Numbered from the stretch's first letter, positions 1 through 9,845 are shown. The stretch is DNA of 64,000 bases from Brevibacillus sp. SYSU BS000544 (GCF_049846925.1 NZ_JBNCMT010000002.1:7885-71884); one strand, 5' to 3'. Program-made: numbers and translations. The notes: generated by a model from the letters alone, not told the origin.

Positions 1-11
1 CTGGTTTCTGT

Positions 12-35
12 AAAAAACGTCTCGACGTTTTTTAT
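12..35. terminator. Stem-loop aaaacg/cgtttt flanked by an A-run and a T-run; probable terminator of a gene upstream of the window
   Basis: Inverted repeat aaaacg-tctcga-cgtttt followed by ttttt. Confidence 0.4.
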
Positions 36-62
36 AAAAAGTTGATGTGACCGCAGGTCGTC

Positions 63-88
63 AAAAAAACAGTCAGCTGTTTTTTTGA
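63..88. terminator. Second stem-loop aaacag/ctgttt followed by T7
   Basis: aaaaaaacagtcagctgttttttt seen directly in the sequence. Confidence 0.45.
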
Positions 89-161
89 CACACAATGTTC
101 AAACTATTCCGATAGTTGCCCTCTTGTCTATACTAAAATATGGAGCAAGGGGGTAATCGCC

Positions 162-875
162 ATGCTAGAAAAGCTAGATTTACAACAAAGCTACGCAACC
201 GAAAAAGAATATAAATCCATGCTGAAAGAATACCAGCTAGAATTACTCACCCTGCAAAGAGAACTGCACAGTACAGGAATTCCAACAATCATCCTGTTCG
301 AAGGTTGGGACGCCGCAGGTAAAGGTGGCACGATTCGCCGGCTGACAGAACGGATGGACCCTCGTGGTTTCCAGGTGCATTCAATCGCAGCACCCGATGG
401 TATCGAGAAGAAGCATCACTATTTATGGCGTTTTTGGAACCGCTTGCCTCACCAAGGCAGTGTAGGCATATTCGACAGATCCTGGTACGGACGTGTTCTG
501 GTCGAACGGGTTGAGAAATTTGCACATGAATATGAATGGAAACGTGCCTACGACGAAATCAACCAGTTTGAAAAAATGCTGACTGATGACGGCTATCTCG
601 TGATCAAGTTCTGGCTTCAAATATCGAAAGATGAACAGCTTCGTCGGTTTGAGGAACGTCAGAAAAATCCGTTCAAACAGTGGAAGCTGACCAAGGAGGA
701 TTGGCGAAACCGCGAAAAGTGGGACTTTTACGAAGAAGCCGTCGAAGAGATGCTGTATCGTACGAGCACGACGTACGCACCCTGGCAGCTCATTGAAGCT
801 GAATACAAGTGGTTCGCCCGTGTGAAGGTTTTACGAACGGTTGTTGATAAAATTAAAGAACGCAAAAAGCTTTAA
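162..875 (+). CDS. ppk2: Polyphosphate kinase 2 family protein (polyphosphate:nucleotide phosphotransferase)
   Basis: 237 aa with the Walker-A-like FEGWDAAGKGG motif and overall PPK2 architecture. ATG sits 7 nt after GGAGCAAGGGGG. Confidence 0.85.
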   Translation: MLEKLDLQQSYATEKEYKSMLKEYQLELLTLQRELHSTGIPTIILFEGWDAAGKGGTIRRLTERMDPRGFQVHSIAAPDGIEKKHHYLWRFWNRLPHQGSVGIFDRSWYGRVLVERVEKFAHEYEWKRAYDEINQFEKMLTDDGYLVIKFWLQISKDEQLRRFEERQKNPFKQWKLTKEDWRNREKWDFYEEAVEEMLYRTSTTYAPWQLIEAEYKWFARVKVLRTVVDKIKERKKL

Positions 876-1138
876 AAACAAAAATCCCCGCCTAAGCACG
901 AGGATTAACAACTTCTGACAGCCCTTAAATTTCATCACCTCTGTATATAAAATGTCACTTGGTAGGTTCCTTCTTCATTTGGCACAAAAGTACCATATGT
1001 GTAATAATTCTTCTTTGTTGTAGTAGTATTAATATTACTTAGGGATAACACTTTACCGTAAAAAGTTTATCGGTGCCTGTAATGAGTTTGCTGAAAGTTA
1101 CTGGCTTTTCAGATGAGAAAGTATTGAATCTAACACAC

Positions 1139-1200
1139 AAAACACAGCGGCCGTCTAAGACTTTTTTTAATAAGTCCTAGTCCTGCCGCTGTGTTTTTTT
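1139..1200. terminator. Long inverted repeat with T-run; bidirectional terminator between convergent ppk2 and the AlaX-like gene
   Basis: aaacacagcgg ... ccgctgtgttt (11-bp arms) followed by ttttttt. Confidence 0.45.
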
Positions 1201-1243
1201 ATCTATTTCATATCCCAGTAACTCAAGAATTCCAATCCAAAAC

Positions 1244-2449
1244 TTATTTATCGCTGGACACAATCAGCTCAAGCGCATGTTTGATGATAGTTTCTCCCGA
1301 TACAGTTCCTGCTCCGCCACCTTGACCCATCTCCGGCTTGCCTCCGCCTTTGCCATCGATGAGCGGGAGCACCTGCTTCAATAGTTGTGTTGCGTCGAGT
1401 GAGATTCCTTGGCCTCTGGCAAAAACAAGCTGTGTCCGTTCCCCCTCGGAGGCTAACAGAACAACACTGTCTTCGAAGCGAGCTGTGATCGTCTGAGCCA
1501 TCCGCTGCAATTCCTGCATGGATGCCTGATCAAGCACCTTCGTGATAATATGCATTCCTTGGTGAGTGATTGCCTGCTCTCTTAATTCACTGATTTCATA
1601 CTCCATCAATTGAAGACGAGCTTCTTGCAATTGGCGAGTGGAGTCTTTTTGTTCATCCAGCACACGAGTCATGTTATGCAGCAATTCTCCTTCACCACAG
1701 GTAAGCAATCGAGTGAGACTTTGCAATACGTCCATCTTATCCCGCAATAATCCAAGTACGCGTGAGCCACTTACAAAGCTAAGCCGGATTTTCCCTTTAT
1801 TCCGCTCCCAACCAATGACCTTGATCATACCGACTTCCCCGGTGAAACGAGGATGAGTTCCTCCGCACAGGTTATAGTCGAAATCTGGAATAATGACCAT
1901 CCGAATATTTTCGGTAACCGTTGGAGCTTTACGAATCGGCATTTTCGCCAATTCTTCCTGGCTTACAAACCGTGCTTCAATCGGACGGTTATTCACAACC
2001 ATCTGATTCGCCACATCTTCTACACTCCGTACCAGATCTTCCGTAAGTTCGGCAGTATCAAGATCAATGGTCACGATCTCTTTGCCTAAATGAAAGCCGA
2101 TCGTTGCAATATCAGCCTGATGATAAAATGCTGCTGAAAGAATATGCTGCCCATTATGCTGCTGCATGTGGTCGAATCGTCTTGCCCAGTCGATGCGTCC
2201 CTCAATTTCCGCAACATCCTCTGGCAGCGGACTCTCCAGATAATGTCGAATCTGTCCGTCTACTTCCTCCACTTGTGTAACACAAATGCCCTGAATCATT
2301 CCCGTGTCACAAGGCTGGCCCCCGCCTGTTGGATAAAAAGCGGTCTTGCTCAGTTCTATGTAATTTCCGATTGGATCGATCCCCCGATTGGTCACGGTGG
2401 CGTTGAATTCTTGTATGTAAGCATCCTGGTAATATAATCTGTCTTTCAT
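1244..2449 (-). CDS. AlaX-type alanyl-tRNA editing protein (Ser/Gly-tRNA(Ala) deacylase, AlaRS editing-domain homolog)
   Basis: HxxxH motif (HNGQH) and CGGTH zinc-binding motif of the AlaRS second additional domain. Start chosen at MKDRLYY, which has an AAGAGGT ribosome-binding site 4 nt upstream. Confidence 0.75.
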   Translation of the reverse strand: MKDRLYYQDAYIQEFNATVTNRGIDPIGNYIELSKTAFYPTGGGQPCDTGMIQGICVTQVEEVDGQIRHYLESPLPEDVAEIEGRIDWARRFDHMQQHNGQHILSAAFYHQADIATIGFHLGKEIVTIDLDTAELTEDLVRSVEDVANQMVVNNRPIEARFVSQEELAKMPIRKAPTVTENIRMVIIPDFDYNLCGGTHPRFTGEVGMIKVIGWERNKGKIRLSFVSGSRVLGLLRDKMDVLQSLTRLLTCGEGELLHNMTRVLDEQKDSTRQLQEARLQLMEYEISELREQAITHQGMHIITKVLDQASMQELQRMAQTITARFEDSVVLLASEGERTQLVFARGQGISLDATQLLKQVLPLIDGKGGGKPEMGQGGGAGTVSGETIIKHALELIVSSDK

Positions 2450-2643
2450 ACGAACCTCTTTTCTGTGGAAATTTATTCCTGATACCATTCTATTTTACTT
2501 GTTTGCAAACAACTGTACTAATTATTCTAAGTCATGTAAACTGTGATGATCAAAACAGACTCTTACATGTCGTTCTGATAATGTAAAATGGACTTGATAA
2601 CCGAAACCACCAAATAGAAATAAACAGGGAGAGAACAAGTAAA

Positions 2644-3384
2644 ATGAGTAAAGAGATTGCAACAATTAAAGAAATTATCAGGCATCCCGTCAAATCATTC
2701 CGTGGTGAGAGTGTGGCTTCTTGTTCAGTTGAAGCCTATGGACTGTATGGCGATCGGAGCCATACCTTTTTGGATGAGACAAGACCAGGCAGCTACTTAA
2801 CATCTACTCAAATTCCAGCAATGCTCGAGTACAAGGCCGAATTCATCGGTGAAGAAGATTATGATACATACCCGGATGTAAAAATAACTACACCACAAGG
2901 AAACGTATATTCCTGGAACGATCAAGCGCTTCTTGAAGAAATCCAGCGTCTTGCCGACCGCCCGGTTTCACAAATGAGGTACACTCCCGATCATGTACCC
3001 GTCGGAGCCATTGATGTGGAACCCCTCACCATCACAACGGAATCGTCCATTCGCAAACTGGAAGAGCTCTGGGGGAAATCGATACACCCTCGTCGCTTCC
3101 GCTCCAATCTTTTGCTCACTCTGGATGAAGATCGTCCGTTTGCAGAAGAAGAATGGATCGGCAAACATCTGGTAGCAGGCGATGTAATCATTCGTATCAC
3201 GGGCGCTGTTGATCGCTGCCCTATTATTAATATTGATCCAGATACGTTAGAAAGTGACAAATCCTTGCACAAGCTGGTACTGGATAAACGCAACAATTTC
3301 TTTTGTGTGTACGGACAGGTTATTCGCACCGGGAAAATTAGTGTGGGAGACCGAATCGAACTTCACGATCCAGAAACCTTATAG
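2644..3384 (+). CDS. MOSC domain-containing protein (MOSC beta-barrel plus MOSC)
   Basis: N-terminal IRHPVKSFRGE typical of MOSC_N; 246 aa. Confidence 0.7.
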   Translation: MSKEIATIKEIIRHPVKSFRGESVASCSVEAYGLYGDRSHTFLDETRPGSYLTSTQIPAMLEYKAEFIGEEDYDTYPDVKITTPQGNVYSWNDQALLEEIQRLADRPVSQMRYTPDHVPVGAIDVEPLTITTESSIRKLEELWGKSIHPRRFRSNLLLTLDEDRPFAEEEWIGKHLVAGDVIIRITGAVDRCPIINIDPDTLESDKSLHKLVLDKRNNFFCVYGQVIRTGKISVGDRIELHDPETL

Positions 3385-3395
3385 AATGAAAAAGG

Positions 3396-3417
3396 AGCGT
3401 GGCAATAGCCACGCTCA
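3396..3417. terminator. Hairpin gagcgtggc-aata-gccacgctc between convergent MOSC and GNAT genes
   Basis: Perfect 9-bp stem; no strong T-run. Confidence 0.35.
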
Positions 3418-3909
3418 TATTGTTGCTACCATTGTCCACGACGTGCCTTCTTCGCTAACTCTTGCAAAGCCGAAGCGCTCATAGAGTCTGCGGGCAGGAT
3501 TTTCCGGATTGACGCTCAAGGAAATGGACGAAATCTGATTCCTTTTTGACTGGCTAATTATTTCATGGAGTAATGACGTTCCAACACCTTTTCCCCGATG
3601 CTCAGGGAGAAGGGCAATACCCAGGATTGGGGTACTCTCGCCTACGTATCCGTAAGTCCGGTTCAGCTCATCGAAATGGCGAATCCACACTGCTCCAAGG
3701 TTTTGATTGGCTCGATCAGTCGCAATGAGCGCAACGTCGCCAATCCGTCCCCAATTCTCCAGACATCTTGCCAACTCTGGCTGTTTCAGAATATCTCTTG
3801 ATGGCCGCTTTTCCCCTTCTGGAATGAACAAGGCTTGATACAGCATTTCCCACAGAAAAGGCAGATCCGAATCAGTAGCTGCTCGAATGTGAAAATCCGT
3901 CATTCCCAT
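3415..3909 (-). CDS. GNAT family N-acetyltransferase
   Basis: Acetyl-CoA-binding motif EHRGKGVGTSLL. Start moved to ATG 3909 (GAGGGGAG ribosome-binding site); the track start at 3924 is a TTG inside that site. Confidence 0.8.
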   Translation of the reverse strand: MGMTDFHIRAATDSDLPFLWEMLYQALFIPEGEKRPSRDILKQPELARCLENWGRIGDVALIATDRANQNLGAVWIRHFDELNRTYGYVGESTPILGIALLPEHRGKGVGTSLLHEIISQSKRNQISSISLSVNPENPARRLYERFGFARVSEEGTSWTMVATI

Positions 3910-3941
3910 CAAATCTCCCCTCAACTTATTTGAAGAGAAGC

Positions 3942-4757
3942 CTATTTTGTAGCAGTGACCAATCGATCAGCCGTCTGAGCAATATGATCAAAGGCATGAT
4001 GCAATTCCTGCATGCTCGCCGAGTGCTGTTGTGTATAACTCGCAACTTGCTGAATCGTATCGTTTATTTTGATCACAGCATCCTGTATGTGTTGAAGCTG
4101 GTCGTGAATATTCTTGGCAGAGACCTTGCTTTGTTCAGCCATTTTTCGTATTTCATTCGCTACAACAGAGAACCCTCTTCCATGCTCACCAGCCCGTGCA
4201 GCTTCAATGGCCGCATTCAGGCCCAACATATGGGATTGACTGGCAACATCCTGAACAAACGCCAAAACGGAATGAATTTCTTTAATATCGTTGATCATGT
4301 TCTCTGATTCACTTAACAACCCTTGCAACCGGTGAGCCATATCGGCTGATGCAGATGAAACTTCTTGTGTCGTCGCTGACATTTCTTCAACCGTAGCGGA
4401 TAATTCAGTGGCACTGGTGCGGAGTGTATCAATTTGCTCGGATGAAACAACAGCACAAATGACACCGATCACCTTGCCATTTTCACGAATCGGAACACCA
4501 GAGGATATATATGCCATGCCAAACTGCTCAGGCCCCCGTTCTTCCTGAACCACTTTTCCTGTTTCAAAAGCTTTATAAGCCACTGTACCTTTAAACATCT
4601 CAATGGGTGTCCCCACCTTTACCTTGAGATCAACCTTTTTTCCTGGCAGATAGGCAACCACCTTTTCCGTATCTGCTACCACTATACAGGCATCCTCCGG
4701 GTAAGTTAACTGGTATGTCTCCATTGAGTTCATGATTTCCACGATCTTATGATTCAT
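3942..4757 (-). CDS. Soluble methyl-accepting chemotaxis protein: small N-terminal sensor-like domain plus MCP signalling domain
   Basis: Highly conserved MCP signalling motif AARAGEHGRGFSVVANEIRKMAEQS. No transmembrane segment. N-terminal ~115 aa are of unknown type. Confidence 0.8.
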   Translation of the reverse strand: MNHKIVEIMNSMETYQLTYPEDACIVVADTEKVVAYLPGKKVDLKVKVGTPIEMFKGTVAYKAFETGKVVQEERGPEQFGMAYISSGVPIRENGKVIGVICAVVSSEQIDTLRTSATELSATVEEMSATTQEVSSASADMAHRLQGLLSESENMINDIKEIHSVLAFVQDVASQSHMLGLNAAIEAARAGEHGRGFSVVANEIRKMAEQSKVSAKNIHDQLQHIQDAVIKINDTIQQVASYTQQHSASMQELHHAFDHIAQTADRLVTATK

Positions 4758-4894
4758 ATGAATCCCCTCAATCCTGTATTTCTATTTGATATAATTATGA
4801 ATAATATTTGCTTCTGTGGTGCTTTATTCTATATCGGTGGAATCAAGAAGTTTTTTAAGTCAAAAAAAGACGCCATAATAGCGCCTTTTTCCAT

Positions 4895-5089
4895 TTATTG
4901 TTTCTGAATTACATACAAAATGCGGTCTATTTTTGCATCGAGTTCAGCCAGTTTGCGAAGCACTTCCTGTTTGAATTCCAGATCAATTGCCCCACCGGAT
5001 ACAGACTCCCGCATGTGAGAGACTTCATCACGGATTTGGTCGTTCGGAATGTTGAATAATTTGTAAGCTAATTCTTTCTTTTGTTCCAT
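4895..5089 (-). CDS. Small hypothetical protein (64 aa) immediately downstream of hsdS
   Basis: ORF MEQKKELAYKLFNIPNDQIRDEV... with a G-rich ribosome-binding site. No recognisable domain. Confidence 0.3.
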   Translation of the reverse strand: MEQKKELAYKLFNIPNDQIRDEVSHMRESVSGGAIDLEFKQEVLRKLAELDAKIDRILYVIQKQ

Positions 5090-5183
5090 ACGCCCCACCC
5101 CCACTTAGTTTAGTAGGATTTTTCGACGAGGGTGATCGGCTTCCTTCACTAATTTGTTACCAAAATGTGAGCATTTCAGTTCA

Positions 5184-6386
5184 CTAGACAGAAAAATGTT
5201 TTTCAACAATTGCGGCTCTGAGCGATTGCAAACAAATGGACTCTTTCATAATGTGCAACGCTTTTCTTTCACGCAAAAAGGCTTGTTGAATCTCATCTAC
5301 CATTCGCGTTTGAATCGTCAGGCTTGGGCAAGGAACAGGGATCTGAAAGACCTCTCTCGCATAGATAGCCGCTACATTTGTGGTAGCTCTTTTTATCTGT
5401 CCCAGACCGGTCAACCCGTCAGGTGATTGAAGATAATAGTGGACATACCATGGATGAACTCCCTCTTTGAAACGAATCCGCATGATGTTGTTATTAAACA
5501 GATCAGGTATAGCTGATTTGTTCGTAAAAATCGCGTTTTTGCCAACCAGCCCCCAACTGTTCCGCATATTGAGCAGGAGGTCATCATTACAAAGGGTGTA
5601 TGCTTCCACTTCTTCTTCAGTCGCATGCACCTTGGTAAGATCATCCCAATCAAGCTCGCCAGCAGCAGTAATGTTGTTCATTTTAAAATAACCGTAGGGG
5701 TGATTGATCGACTGGTCCACTTGTTTACGAGCTAAACCAACCTTCGATTCCCTCACGAGTTCCCCAAAGGGCATCACATTCCAATCCGCAGATTTCCTCC
5801 GGTAGCTGGAAAATGTTTGAGCGAGAATCGATTGACGCAGCTCGTTACCTAATTCTTTCGCTTCCCTGACCAGTTGCTCGATTCGATCAAGCCTTGCCAA
5901 ATCCCGCTCGATTTCGTTCACAATCTGTAACTGCTCATGCATAGACGGCAGAGGAAAGGGCAGCTTGGACAGCCTGCTTTTACTAACAATGGCAATTGTC
6001 GTAATGGAGACCTGTGCATGCAGCAACCGCTGAAAAAACGGAGTAAGTGAATAGTAATACGTATACTTCGGGAAAACAGCAGCAGAAGGAATGAGGCTGT
6101 TGATCTGCTGGTTGGTCCGCACGGGGATCCGTGTAAATGCTGATTTCCCCACTGAACCGATACAGCATACCAAGGTGGAGTTGGCTGGGATGCAAGGAAC
6201 GGATTGTGCGCCCTTCTCAGTCAGGTATTCACTTGACTGCACCAACTGTTCACCCTGAGACAAGTCAGGTGGTTTGACGAAAGGGATATCTCCTCCATAA
6301 CACTCTTCACACTGTCTGGAGGGGGTTGAACCTGTTATAATTTCATGCGCCTCTCCCAGTGTGACCCATTTTCGGCCAAAAGCCAT
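5184..6386 (-). CDS. hsdS: Type I restriction-modification system specificity subunit HsdS
   Basis: 400 aa with two target-recognition-domain-like halves and the conserved WVTLGE...ITGSTPS, IPFVKPPDL and central repeat regions of HsdS. Overlaps the hsdM stop by 4 nt. Confidence 0.8.
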   Translation of the reverse strand: MAFGRKWVTLGEAHEIITGSTPSRQCEECYGGDIPFVKPPDLSQGEQLVQSSEYLTEKGAQSVPCIPANSTLVCCIGSVGKSAFTRIPVRTNQQINSLIPSAAVFPKYTYYYSLTPFFQRLLHAQVSITTIAIVSKSRLSKLPFPLPSMHEQLQIVNEIERDLARLDRIEQLVREAKELGNELRQSILAQTFSSYRRKSADWNVMPFGELVRESKVGLARKQVDQSINHPYGYFKMNNITAAGELDWDDLTKVHATEEEVEAYTLCNDDLLLNMRNSWGLVGKNAIFTNKSAIPDLFNNNIMRIRFKEGVHPWYVHYYLQSPDGLTGLGQIKRATTNVAAIYAREVFQIPVPCPSLTIQTRMVDEIQQAFLRERKALHIMKESICLQSLRAAIVEKHFSV

Positions 6387-6388
6387 AA

Positions 6389-7798
6389 CTACCCCTCATC
6401 TCTTCTCGTCTTCAAATCCTCCAGCAGTTCTTGTAAAAGCCGGGATGCCTCTTCTAGCTTACCGATCGCATTCTCTGCCAATCGGACCGGATCTGAATTA
6501 TTTTCCAACGCCTGACGGTGGAGCAATCCCAGATCGAGATTATCCCCCTGTTGGCGAATCTGCTCTCTTGAATAATACGACCATCGCTGATCTGCTATCG
6601 CATGCCGATCATTTGCACGATACGCCTCGATAAAATCAGTAAAATACTGCTCGGTCAGTTGTACTCGCTTGCCGAAGTTGGGCATGTCTGATCGCAAATC
6701 ATAAAACCATACACCCTGGGTATTCGCCTCATCACTTGTACCTCTCGTAAAAAACAACACACTGGTATGGACGCCAGTCGCATAAAAAATTCCCGTCGGC
6801 AGGCGAAGCACCGTATGCAGATTGCACTTTTCCATCAGATCACAGCGTATCTTCTGTGCTTCATTGTCCTGAAACAACACATTGTCTGGAACAATAACAG
6901 CCGCACGTGCGGAACCATTGGGACGGAGCGCTGAATATATGTGCTGAATAAACGCCAATTGCTTGTTAGAGGTGACAAAAGGCAAATCAGGACGAGCAGG
7001 ACGTTCCCCCCCTTTTTTTGATCCAAAGGGTGGATTCGTTAAAATGACGTCCATATTCATTTGTGACTCTCTTCGGACGGCAAGGGTATCACCTAAAATG
7101 ATTTGACTTTCCAATCCGTGAAGCATGGCATTCATCAAGGCAAGGCGGTGTGTATCCTGCACCAATTCACACCCGGAGAACGCTGATTGATGCTGGAATA
7201 ATCTTTCCTCTTCACTGAGCTTCCTGTAATTGTTGCTTAATGCACGAACATGGCGCTCTGCTGCAATCATAAAGCCGAATGTGCCGCAGGCAGGATCGTT
7301 ACAGCGGTCTCCTACCTGAGGGTTCATTAACTCTACAAGGAGCGTAACAAGTGGCCGAGGTGTAAAATATTGACCTGCCCCCGACTTCTTTTCGCTTGCA
7401 TTTTTGGCGAGCAGCCCCTCATACAGGTCTCCCAACCCTTCTACAGAAGAACTGTACCAATTTCCTTCATTCATGGCTTGGATAATTTTCTCCAGGTTTC
7501 TTGGCTCGGCAATATGCGTTCTGGCTCCAGCATAGATTTCTCCAATCAAGCCTGTCCTTGTCGCACCTAATTGTGTAAGCAGGTGAGAATAGGTTTCGAG
7601 CAATTTTTCTCCTTTCAACTCAGTCAGGCGATCCCAACGAAAGGCAACAGGTAGAATGTGCTCCTGCCCTGTCTCCCGGAGCAGCTTGATAAACAGCAAA
7701 TAGGTTAATTCAACAACGTACTGATGATAGGTGATTCCGTCATCCCGCAGCACATGACAGAGATTCCACAGTTTCTGAACCAGCTCTTGCGTCTTCAT
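6389..7798 (-). CDS. hsdM: Type I restriction-modification system DNA methyltransferase subunit HsdM (N6-adenine)
   Basis: HsdM N-terminal domain and the catalytic NPPF motif (ILTNPPFGSKKGG). Confidence 0.85.
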   Translation of the reverse strand: MKTQELVQKLWNLCHVLRDDGITYHQYVVELTYLLFIKLLRETGQEHILPVAFRWDRLTELKGEKLLETYSHLLTQLGATRTGLIGEIYAGARTHIAEPRNLEKIIQAMNEGNWYSSSVEGLGDLYEGLLAKNASEKKSGAGQYFTPRPLVTLLVELMNPQVGDRCNDPACGTFGFMIAAERHVRALSNNYRKLSEEERLFQHQSAFSGCELVQDTHRLALMNAMLHGLESQIILGDTLAVRRESQMNMDVILTNPPFGSKKGGERPARPDLPFVTSNKQLAFIQHIYSALRPNGSARAAVIVPDNVLFQDNEAQKIRCDLMEKCNLHTVLRLPTGIFYATGVHTSVLFFTRGTSDEANTQGVWFYDLRSDMPNFGKRVQLTEQYFTDFIEAYRANDRHAIADQRWSYYSREQIRQQGDNLDLGLLHRQALENNSDPVRLAENAIGKLEEASRLLQELLEDLKTRRDEG

Positions 7799-7898
7799 CC
7801 GTTAACCCTCTACAAGTGATTTTAGATCTATCATATCAAAAAAAGCTCACCCTTTCGCAGATCGCTTAACAATCTGGTGTGGATGAGCTTTCCGGAGA

Positions 7899-8585
7899 TT
7901 ACTTAACGAAAAGTGGGTTGCCTAACGCTACCGCTCTGCCTGTCAAATCGATCTTCAGCTTCACAACGCCTGTCAAATCAACTTGAATCCTGTACGGTTT
8001 CTCGAGATCGGAAGGAATGGCTTTGCTGTCATAGACAAGCTTGTCATCACAATAAATCTTGAGGCTGCCGATGTTATCCGATTTGTTCCGTAGCCCCCAT
8101 GCTTCCCCAGGAGCCAGATCAGCCACAAAGCGCTTGTATTGACCATTCAGGGCGTACTCGTAGCGAATAAACCCATCCTTGGCATCCAAACCGACTTTAT
8201 ATCCTGCATCTAGGGTCACGTCCCGATTAGTTGTAACTGTTTCCGAAAATTTGCTATTGTTTTCACCTGCAGCCGTTGGTTTGATGTCCTTCATATGAAC
8301 CGTTTGCTCATCTACAGAGCTTCCGATGTACAGCGAATACGTCTTTGGCACATAAGTGACGGTTTTTCCTATCGCATCGGCCATAAAGCGCAAAGGAACA
8401 TAGGTAGTTCCGTTATAAATAAAGCTTTGCTGCCCTTGAGGCGGAGCCTTCACAGCCCCGTCAAAATAAAATGTGAGCGGCAAAAATGTCACATTGATTC
8501 TCGTTGCGGCAAAAGCCACGCTGGTAAACAGGATGGAACCAACGAGAAATCCCGCTGATATGTACAAGTATTTTTTCCAGTTCAT
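7899..8585 (-). CDS. Secreted protein with a copper-amine-oxidase N-terminal-like domain plus a C-terminal beta-rich domain
   Basis: Signal peptide ...SVAFA/ATRINV; motif FIYNGTTYVPLRFMADAIGK typical of the Cu_amine_oxidN1 family; ribosome-binding site AGGAGGGGG. Confidence 0.6.
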   Translation of the reverse strand: MNWKKYLYISAGFLVGSILFTSVAFAATRINVTFLPLTFYFDGAVKAPPQGQQSFIYNGTTYVPLRFMADAIGKTVTYVPKTYSLYIGSSVDEQTVHMKDIKPTAAGENNSKFSETVTTNRDVTLDAGYKVGLDAKDGFIRYEYALNGQYKRFVADLAPGEAWGLRNKSDNIGSLKIYCDDKLVYDSKAIPSDLEKPYRIQVDLTGVVKLKIDLTGRAVALGNPLFVK

Positions 8586-8600
8586 CGAGCTTCCCCCTCC

Positions 8601-9317
8601 TTATTGGATTAACCGTGGATCGAGCATGGCTACCTGATCCTTTGCAAACCCTTCAATTGTAAGTTTGTTGTATTCACTTACATCCAGGTCGATCTTGATC
8701 GGTTCCTCGAGATTGGAAGGTATCGTTCCTGAATCATAAATTTCTCTACCGTCACCAAAAATTTTAAATCTGCCTACATCCGGATCAACTGGCTTATCAG
8801 CCCAATAGATGGAGGGAGCCAGTTCAGCCAGGAATTTGGTATAGCCCTTACTCAATATATATTCTGCTTTAAAATTGCCTCGGTCCAGCTTGAATCCTTT
8901 CACGACTTCATACCCATTCGAGTATGCCTTGCCTGATACCGTAGTGAAAGACGTAATCGGTTTCACCATATCTCCACTATTCCCTTTGCTTTTGTCAAAA
9001 GTACTTGGTTTCAATGCAGTCAGATAGGTAACCGTACCTTTCGGGGCCTTTCCCACATATACGGAGCGTGTCTCGGGAACATACGTGACTGATTTACCGA
9101 TGGAGTCTGCCATAAATCGAAGCGGAACATACGTCGTTCCGTTGTAGATCAACCCTTGTTGCCCACTGGCAGGTTGTTTTTGCTGACCGTCAAAATAAAA
9201 TTGTAAAGGTAAAAAGTTCACGTCAATCTTCGTGGCCGCAAAAACAGCACCTGTACAGAACACAGTACTTAACAAAAAACCAACAAGCATATACTTCCAT
9301 TTGTCATACCGTTTCAT
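8601..9317 (-). CDS. Paralog of the preceding copper-amine-oxidase-N-domain secreted protein
   Basis: Same architecture (LIYNGTTYVPLRFMADSIGK) and a conserved C-terminal domain. Start set at MKRYDK, which has an AGGGGG ribosome-binding site. Confidence 0.6.
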   Translation of the reverse strand: MKRYDKWKYMLVGFLLSTVFCTGAVFAATKIDVNFLPLQFYFDGQQKQPASGQQGLIYNGTTYVPLRFMADSIGKSVTYVPETRSVYVGKAPKGTVTYLTALKPSTFDKSKGNSGDMVKPITSFTTVSGKAYSNGYEVVKGFKLDRGNFKAEYILSKGYTKFLAELAPSIYWADKPVDPDVGRFKIFGDGREIYDSGTIPSNLEEPIKIDLDVSEYNKLTIEGFAKDQVAMLDPRLIQ

Positions 9318-9499
9318 TCTCATCCCCCTATGTATTGTGCCTTGTTCGAAAAAGTTCTGCCTCGCCAAGCCTTTTTCCTCCCGTCGGAATGTATATCACA
9401 GATGGTTTGTCTATATTCTTTTGAATTTTTGGTATTTTGTGAACTTTATCACTCTTTATGGTATGCTTACTGTAATGAAAACGCTTACGAGGTGAGCTG

Positions 9500-9793
9500 A
9501 TGGAACAAAAGATGAGTTTTATGGAACGGTATAAAAAGGACCATCAACATCCTATGAACAAGCTGACACATGCGATTGGTATACCGATGATCGTTGTTTC
9601 GCTTCCGGTCTTCTTCTTTGATTGGAAGTGGGGGATCGGTTTGTTTATCCTCGGATGGGTGTTTCAATTTATTGGTCATTTTTTTGAAGGCAACCCTCCT
9701 TCCTTTTTCAAAAATCCAATCTTTTTACTGGTTGGCCCATGGTGGATTGCCAAGCGAATGTGGGGTTTTGTCACTGGAAAGCCGTACAAATAA
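9500..9793 (+). CDS. DUF962-family small membrane protein (Mpo1/YGL010w-like)
   Basis: 97 aa with the conserved GHFFEGNPP motif and two transmembrane helices. Confidence 0.65.
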   Translation: MEQKMSFMERYKKDHQHPMNKLTHAIGIPMIVVSLPVFFFDWKWGIGLFILGWVFQFIGHFFEGNPPSFFKNPIFLLVGPWWIAKRMWGFVTGKPYK

Positions 9794-9801
9794 AATGAAA
9801 A

Positions 9802-9841
9802 AGAGCAGTTAGCCTGTTGCATGCTAACTGCTCTCTTTTTA
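9802..9841. terminator. Bidirectional rho-independent terminator
   Basis: Perfect 12-bp stem agagcagttagc/gctaactgctct followed by ttttt, and T-rich on the opposite strand as well. Confidence 0.8.
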
Positions 9842-9845
9842 AGAT

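Noticed and set aside
289-620. Minus-strand ORFs inside ppk2
   Set aside because: Antisense to a confidently identified PPK2 gene.
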